This document shows, one piece after another, positions 58,489 to 64,000 of a stretch of 64,000 bases of DNA. Position 1 is the stretch's first letter, and every line of letters begins with the position of its first letter. The position numbers were made by a program, and so were the translations under genes. The stretch spans positions 12,182 to 76,181 of the IMG/VR virus record IMGVR_UViG_3300036818_000088. The stretch is one strand, 5' to 3'. The notes below the pieces were generated by a model. The model had not been told where the DNA came from, made no database searches, and saw nothing but the letters and a program-made list of their open reading frames with translations. The stretch comes from a virus.

Positions 58489-60011
58489 TGGGCGGCTCCA
58501 TCAGCTTCGGCGACCTGCTCACCATTTTGCCGCTTTTTGCGGAGGAGACCGAGGAGGCGATATGGGCACGCTGGAGCGCCTGGGCCAACGAAGGGGTCAC
58601 GCCCGATCAACCCGAGGAGTGGATCGACACCCGGCCGCCGGGTCACTTCTACACTTGGGCGCGGCCCGGCGTGCGCGAGGTGGCAAAGCTCTATGACCTG
58701 ATGGGAACCGACTTCCTCGCCGCGACGATGGCGATCTCAAGCTGGGGCAGCTACCTGGACTCGATCGCCGCGGGCTTCAAAGTCGAGCGCCTCGAAGCAA
58801 CTAACGCCGACGGCCGCGTCACCTTCTTCGGCGAGGTCGGCTTGGAAATCGTCTCCGGCGCCCATGTCGGCGCCGAGGTCGCCACCGAAGAAGAGCAGGC
58901 CAAGGAATACGAGGTCACCGAAACCGGCACGATCGGCGAAGTCCTCGGGTCTCCCGTCAAACTCGAAGCGACCACCGAATCGACCGGCGGCGGCCTTGCC
59001 GACGGCGATCACTACTACGTCATCACCACGGTCAACGCCGAGGGCGAGTCGACGCCGACGGCGGCGCTGAAAGTCGTGTTGGCGGTCGGCGGCGATGGGA
59101 TCGTCAACCTGACCTGGGACGCGCTGGCCGGGGCGACGGCTTATCGCGTCTACCACGGCACCGTCGAAGGCGGCCCCTTCTCTTTCCTCGCCGAAGTCAC
59201 CCCTGCCGCCTACAAAGACGATGCCAGCCCGGCCCCCGACACCACGATCCACCCTCCGGCGAAGGACGAAACCGGCGGGCGCGTCACCCTCCCGGTCGAG
59301 GCGGTGCAGCCCGGCGTCGCCTTCAACGCCAATGCCGGCGAGGTGACGGTGCAGCTCTCGGAGATCGGCGCGACCTCGATCGTCAACGAAGATGCCCTCG
59401 ACGGCGGCACCGACCCCGAGACAGACGAAGCCCTGCTGACCCGCCTGCTGGCGCGCTTCAAAGGGATCGGAGCGGGCAACAAACGCGCCTACAAAGTCTG
59501 GGCCAGCGAAATCCCCGGCGTCGGCCGCGTAACTGTGATCCCGGATTGGGAAGGGCCGAACACGGTGCTGGTCGTGGTGCTGACCGCGACCGGCGACCCG
59601 GTGGCCGAATCGGTGATCGAAGCCGTGCAGGCATACCTCGATCCGGTCAAAGACCAAGCCGAAGGCCAAGCCCCGATCGGCCACGACGTGACCGTGAGCA
59701 CGGCCGAAGCGGTGGCGGTTGACTTCGCCGCCAAAATTGAGTTCTCCCCGGGCTTCTCCCTTGACGGCGCAGGCGGCACGATCGCGATGCGCGACGAACT
59801 CACCGAAGCGATCGAAGCCTACTTGGAGCTCGGCGAACCCGGCAGCGAGATCGTCCGCCTCAAGGCAGCGGCGCGGCTGCTCTCCTTCGATGGCGTCCAC
59901 GACGTGGCCGAAGTCAAACTCGACGGCAAAGAAGAAAACGTCCTGCTTAGCGCGGAACCGGCTCAGGTAGCCGAACTTAACGAAATCTCGCTGTCCGAAG
60001 GCGCGGTGTGA
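58488..60011 (+). CDS. Baseplate J-like protein with an inserted Ig/FN3-like domain
   Basis: G.YLD, GGTDPETDEAL, GN..AY..WA..PGV, W.GPNTV, APIG..VTV. Confidence 0.9.
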   Translation: MGGSISFGDLLTILPLFAEETEEAIWARWSAWANEGVTPDQPEEWIDTRPPGHFYTWARPGVREVAKLYDLMGTDFLAATMAISSWGSYLDSIAAGFKVERLEATNADGRVTFFGEVGLEIVSGAHVGAEVATEEEQAKEYEVTETGTIGEVLGSPVKLEATTESTGGGLADGDHYYVITTVNAEGESTPTAALKVVLAVGGDGIVNLTWDALAGATAYRVYHGTVEGGPFSFLAEVTPAAYKDDASPAPDTTIHPPAKDETGGRVTLPVEAVQPGVAFNANAGEVTVQLSEIGATSIVNEDALDGGTDPETDEALLTRLLARFKGIGAGNKRAYKVWASEIPGVGRVTVIPDWEGPNTVLVVVLTATGDPVAESVIEAVQAYLDPVKDQAEGQAPIGHDVTVSTAEAVAVDFAAKIEFSPGFSLDGAGGTIAMRDELTEAIEAYLELGEPGSEIVRLKAAARLLSFDGVHDVAEVKLDGKEENVLLSAEPAQVAELNEISLSEGAV

Positions 60012-60012
60012 T

Positions 60013-60546
60013 GTGCCTGCCCTCTCGGCGCTGACCCCTCTCGGGCGCCAAATCCTGCAAGAACTCCCCGGCTGGGCCGCCTCAGAGCCGCTCTACCGCG
60101 CTGCAGCCCACATCTGGAGTAAGGAGGCAGAGAGGATGCTCGCACGGGCAGAGGAAGTCCGCGACGCCGCTATCCCGGCCCGTGAAGGCGCTCTCGGCAT
60201 CGAACTCTGGGAGATCCAGCTACATCTCCCCCGCAACCCGCCCGGCTTCACCGAACCGCAGCGCTGGGAAGCGATCCTGGCGCGACTGCGCCGAGCCATC
60301 GAAGACCCCTCCGGCCTGACTTGGATCGCTCGCGTCACCGAACAGATCGGCTCGGGCTGGACCTACGTCGAGGAAGCGCCGAACATCATCAAAGTTACGG
60401 CTCCCTGGCCCCCCGGCTCCGACGCCTTCCTCTTCGGCGAAAGCGTCCTGCTGGAAGAAATCCCCGCCGCCTGGACCCTCGTCTACGTCTCCGTGGAAGG
60501 CTTCGTCCTCGACGCCAGCAAGCTCGACTTGGAGGAGCTGGACTAG
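60013..60546 (+). CDS. Baseplate wedge protein (YmfQ/gp48-like)
   Basis: LP.W, LWE..L.L, PA motif; follows J. Confidence 0.7.
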   Translation: MPALSALTPLGRQILQELPGWAASEPLYRAAAHIWSKEAERMLARAEEVRDAAIPAREGALGIELWEIQLHLPRNPPGFTEPQRWEAILARLRRAIEDPSGLTWIARVTEQIGSGWTYVEEAPNIIKVTAPWPPGSDAFLFGESVLLEEIPAAWTLVYVSVEGFVLDASKLDLEELD

Positions 60547-60584
60547 CGGCAACGAAACGCGCTGGCGGCTAGCCTTGCGAGGCG

Positions 60585-61457
60585 ATGGCGAAACTCCCAT
60601 GCAGGAAATGCGGCGCTGACAAGCCGCCAGGCCGTGGCCGTGCCTTGTGCGACAACTGCCGTAAGCCACCACGCCCAACGAGCTTTTCATGCCTCGACTG
60701 CGGTGGCCCTCGTCCCCGGGGTTCAGGGCAAAGGTATTGCGGAGAATGCTCAGCGCGGCAAAAGGAGCGTGGGCGGATAGATCCATGCGTCCGCTGCGGC
60801 GGCGAGAAGCCCACTGGGCAGGGGCGGCAACTTTGTGACGACTGCCGACTGGCACCGGCTGGGACGGAGTACAAAGAAGCATGGCTAGCTGCGCACCCGC
60901 ATTATCTGCGCGAACTCGGGAGGGAGAGACGGCGAGAAACGGCAAAATGCAAGCGTTGCGGTGGACCAAAACCAGAAGGCAGCGGGCGAAGGTTCTGCGA
61001 TGCTTGCAAGCTGTCGGATGAGGAGATCGCCCTACTCCATAAGCCCCGGAAGCCTTGTAAACGCTGCGGCAACGCAAAGCTTCCTGGTGTAGGGCGTGAA
61101 TACTGTGCGGCGTGTGCCCTGCATATGGAGGATTGGCATGCCGTGGTAAAAAGGTGGAACTACCGCCCGAGGTTCCGGGATGAAGCCAAGATACTGCGGA
61201 ATCGAACCGCGAGTTGTCGCCGCCGGTATCTCGCTGAACGTCTTGAAAAGATCGACCGCCAACTCGTCTGGGAACGCGATGAGGGCATCTGTGGGATATG
61301 TGGCGAAGCTGCTGGTGAGGGTTGGGAGCTTGACCATGTGATCCCGATCTCAAGAGGTGGAGTGCATACCTACAGCAATGTGCAGGTTTCGCACCGAACA
61401 TGTAATCGTTGGAAGTGGGCGAAGTTGCCAGAGGAGTTGACCGGTAGTGCCGCTTAA
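60585..61457 (+). CDS. HNH endonuclease with five tandem Zn-knuckle repeats
   Basis: 5x CxxCG..G.GR..CxxC; ERDEGICGICG..DHVIP..GG.H..N...H..CN..K. Confidence 0.9.
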   Translation: MAKLPCRKCGADKPPGRGRALCDNCRKPPRPTSFSCLDCGGPRPRGSGQRYCGECSARQKERGRIDPCVRCGGEKPTGQGRQLCDDCRLAPAGTEYKEAWLAAHPHYLRELGRERRRETAKCKRCGGPKPEGSGRRFCDACKLSDEEIALLHKPRKPCKRCGNAKLPGVGREYCAACALHMEDWHAVVKRWNYRPRFRDEAKILRNRTASCRRRYLAERLEKIDRQLVWERDEGICGICGEAAGEGWELDHVIPISRGGVHTYSNVQVSHRTCNRWKWAKLPEELTGSAA

Positions 61458-62721
61458 TCATGAAATGAAACGAGAAGAGGTGCTCGGCAGTTATTTCATG
61501 AACCGAATACAGGATTTTTTGAGCGCAGCCCGCACCGACCTTCGCCTCAGCCTCAAAGACTCCGACACGATCCAGATCATCCCCGACCCCGAGCTAGGGG
61601 TCGCCGCCATCGCTGTCCAAGGCCGCTGGCGCTACATCGAAGCGACGATCACACGCGATCACCCCGGCGGAGCAAAAGGCACCTTCACGATCTGGGCCGT
61701 CGCCAAAGACAACGAAGTCGACAACTCGCCCAAACCCTTCACCGATCACACCGACTATGCCTTCGACCTGCGGATCACCAAAGGCGAAGAAGCGCCCTCG
61801 GGGTCCGGCGTCGTGATCTACGAGAAGATCGGCGAACTCGACTGGACCGGCACCGAAATCGAAGCCGTGCGACAGACGCACGGCTCCGTCACCGGCGCGA
61901 TGATCGAGCCCACCGCCCTCTCCAGCTCATCGCCGAGCGACATCACCTGGACCCGCGCAGCCAACGGCGGGTTGATCGCCGGGCTGAAGACAGACTCGGT
62001 AGGAGCCAACGAGGTCGCCAACGGCTCGCTCACCGATGCCGAGATCGCCGCCGCCAACAAAGACGGCGAAGCTGCCACCGCCTCAATGCGCACCCTTGGC
62101 ACCGGGGCCAAACAGGCCGCCGCCGGGAACGATGCGCGGCTCTCCGATGAACGGGTGCCGAAAGCCAACTCGGTCAACAGCTCGAAGATTGAAGACGGGT
62201 CGATCAGCCTTGTCGATCTTGCGGCAGCCGCCAAGCCACTCACTTGGTATACGCCGGAGATCATCGCGACCGAAGAGAGCCGCGAAAATGCAGCGTTCGG
62301 CACGTTGGCTACTGCGGATGAAATCAAAAACGTGGTGCTGCCGGAAGGTGGGCTGATTGTGCTGGCCTACGTGGCGAAGGCCAAGAATTCGGTCAATGGC
62401 GCTGGTCGGGCCGCTATCTTCCTCGCTGCTAACCAGCTTAAGAACCCGAGAACGGCCACCGCCCAAGAAATAGTTTTTCTGAGTGAAACTGCCTTCGGAA
62501 CTCTCGTTACTTACCAAGGGGGACTTGAAATTGCGGCTGGCGCAAGCGCAATTCCGACTACTGGAGCGTATCTTGGGGTAGGCGGCGGGGTTGCTGGCGG
62601 CGGGGTTTGTTACATTTTTGCTGCCGCTGGAACTTACGATGTGAGCATTCAGTTCAAGGCAACCTCGGGCTCAATTACCGTTAAGGAACGGAAGCTCTGG
62701 GTTGCAACGATGGGCTTCTAG
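61447..62721 (+). CDS. Tail fibre/receptor-binding protein
   Basis: Last structural gene; RTLGTGAKQAAAGND and SSKIEDGSI fibre repeats; compositionally distinct tip. Confidence 0.75.
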   Translation: MPLNHEMKREEVLGSYFMNRIQDFLSAARTDLRLSLKDSDTIQIIPDPELGVAAIAVQGRWRYIEATITRDHPGGAKGTFTIWAVAKDNEVDNSPKPFTDHTDYAFDLRITKGEEAPSGSGVVIYEKIGELDWTGTEIEAVRQTHGSVTGAMIEPTALSSSSPSDITWTRAANGGLIAGLKTDSVGANEVANGSLTDAEIAAANKDGEAATASMRTLGTGAKQAAAGNDARLSDERVPKANSVNSSKIEDGSISLVDLAAAAKPLTWYTPEIIATEESRENAAFGTLATADEIKNVVLPEGGLIVLAYVAKAKNSVNGAGRAAIFLAANQLKNPRTATAQEIVFLSETAFGTLVTYQGGLEIAAGASAIPTTGAYLGVGGGVAGGGVCYIFAAAGTYDVSIQFKATSGSITVKERKLWVATMGF

Positions 62722-63185
62722 CTCGGCTTGCTGATAAGCCCGGTGAATTCTTCGGAAGTTTCCCGAGAGGAACAATGAACGCTTTCGTTCTTCGCGACCC
62801 AGCCCCCTGAGCGTCCGATCAGCCAATGGGCATGAATCCAGAGCCAAGAGCGTCCGCTTTGGAATCCGGCGCCGATGACACGGAAGCGGCCAGTCCGGCA
62901 GGTCATCCCGTTTAGCCACCGAACTCGGCAGCGCCAGTCATGCCAGTCAACCTTCCCGTGGCGGCAGTCAATCCAACCGGCATGCCGTTCCGCCCAGCCT
63001 TCAAGGTTCATTAGGGTGCGCTGAACGGCTCGTTTGGCCGTGGGGCGTTTTACCTTGGGCTTGTGGCTCCATTGCCGAACTTCTTTTTCGTGCTGGGTAG
63101 CATGATCGCCCGAAGCAGCAGGCACCACCCCCACCGCCCAAATCACAACCCCAAGGGTCAGGACGTGTCGGAGTTGCCTGTTCAC
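62718..63185 (-). CDS. Putative secreted protein
   Basis: Signal peptide-like N-terminus (..PAASG); basic and Cys-containing. Confidence 0.65.
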   Translation of the reverse strand: MNRQLRHVLTLGVVIWAVGVVPAASGDHATQHEKEVRQWSHKPKVKRPTAKRAVQRTLMNLEGWAERHAGWIDCRHGKVDWHDWRCRVRWLNGMTCRTGRFRVIGAGFQSGRSWLWIHAHWLIGRSGGWVAKNESVHCSSRETSEEFTGLISKPS

Positions 63186-63776
63186 GACTTCGCCTCCGAC
63201 AACGCGGCATGCCCCGCAACCGTGAGGAACAGGCGCCCGATATCGACTTCGACCCAGCCCCGTTTCCGGCAGCTAGCCAAGGAGTTGCCGTGGATTGCCT
63301 TGCCGTCGTAGACGAGATGGCCCTGCCCGTCGACCAGCACTTGGCCGGCCTCGACCGCTTCCAACGCGATTCTCTGAGCTTCGGTCATCGCCCTTCTGTC
63401 TCCTCTCGTGCCTTCATCAGGCTCCGCGTGGCCCGTTGTTCGGCGAGCGGGACTACGGCCTTGAGGGCGTAGAGCAACGAAATGCGGTCGCGTTCATGCT
63501 CGGTGAAGCTCTGGAATCGATTGGCCCACCCGGCCTTATACGCGGCTTCGACCCACTCCTCGGGCACGATCGCATCGCGGCTCATCGCCGACCCGCCTCT
63601 CGCGTATCGACGGACCCGGGGCCTACCGCCACCCGAGCCCCAAGGTTCTCGGCGAGAACGATCTGCTGGCGTGCGATCTTCGAGATCAGAGCCTCGACCG
63701 TCAAGCCCTGTCGTGCCGCGATTGCGGTGAGGCGCGCGAACTCTTCGCCAGTTAGGTCAAGCGCAGTGCTAATCAT
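63182..63776 (-). other. Small minus-strand genes (63182-63388, 63385-63585, 63582-63776)
   Basis: 4-nt overlaps; 63385-63585 has the VPEE..EAA module also seen in the + strand accessory genes. Confidence 0.65.
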
Positions 63777-64000
63777 TAGCGCCGACCATATCCTCGGCCG
63801 CAGATCGGTGTCGGCGCTCAGCGGGCACCAGAGCGGCGCGCAGGGCTTTCAGTGGGTTCTTCATGATCCCTCCTCGGGAAAGGCGTGGTCGAAGGCGGCT
63901 GCGCACGTTCCCGCTGCCTCCCCTCTGTGGGCACCTGGGTTCGGGCAGTCTTCCCAGAATGGCGGTCCTCCCTGTCCTTCGCCCTCGTAGACGAACTTCG

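Larger units (their letters stand above)
1..64000 (+). mobile_element. Tailed phage/prophage region (contractile tail); both ends extend beyond the window
   Basis: Terminase, portal, capsid, sheath, tube, tape measure, baseplate and fibre genes occur in canonical order, with dense overlapping small ORFs. No host housekeeping genes. Confidence 0.97.

Noticed and set aside
1-64000. CRISPR array, DGR/retron, integrase or att site, stop-codon recoding
   Set aside because: I saw no regularly spaced repeats, RT or recombinase motifs, and core genes are uninterrupted in the standard code.

Overview
The whole window is a high-GC tailed-phage or prophage segment, almost all on the + strand. It encodes a contractile-tailed (myovirus-type) virion. 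The head genes are a lambda-GpA-family terminase, portal, MuF-like head protein, protease/scaffold and Mu-gpT-like capsid. The neck and tail genes include sheath, tube, a frameshifted chaperone, an enzyme-bearing tape measure, PBSX/Xkd-like baseplate genes and two fibres. Dozens of small accessory genes lie before and between the head genes: a PAPS-reductase-like protein, a two-frame C5 methyltransferase, an N4/N6 methyltransferase, an MmcB-like nuclease, mIHF-like, ASCH, DUF1643, a zincin and RNase H. A truncated IS1-family element with cargo interrupts a head-region gene, which suggests a prophage. An actinobacterial host (possibly Thermoleophilia) is my inference. The most interesting unexplained structure is non-coding. 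(1) A repeated promoter/operator cassette (TGAA-N5-TTCA, extended -10, ACACCCGATCA leader) drives accessory gene blocks. (2) Recurrent gene-junction sequences and peptide micro-modules suggest cassette shuffling. (3) A compact six-helix RNA-like element lies just upstream of the capsid operon, and there are other structured intergenic regions. (4) A separate promoter motif is shared by the head and tail operons. No CRISPR array, tRNA, rRNA, integrase or reverse transcriptase was seen. All family assignments come from motifs recognised by eye, not from database searches.
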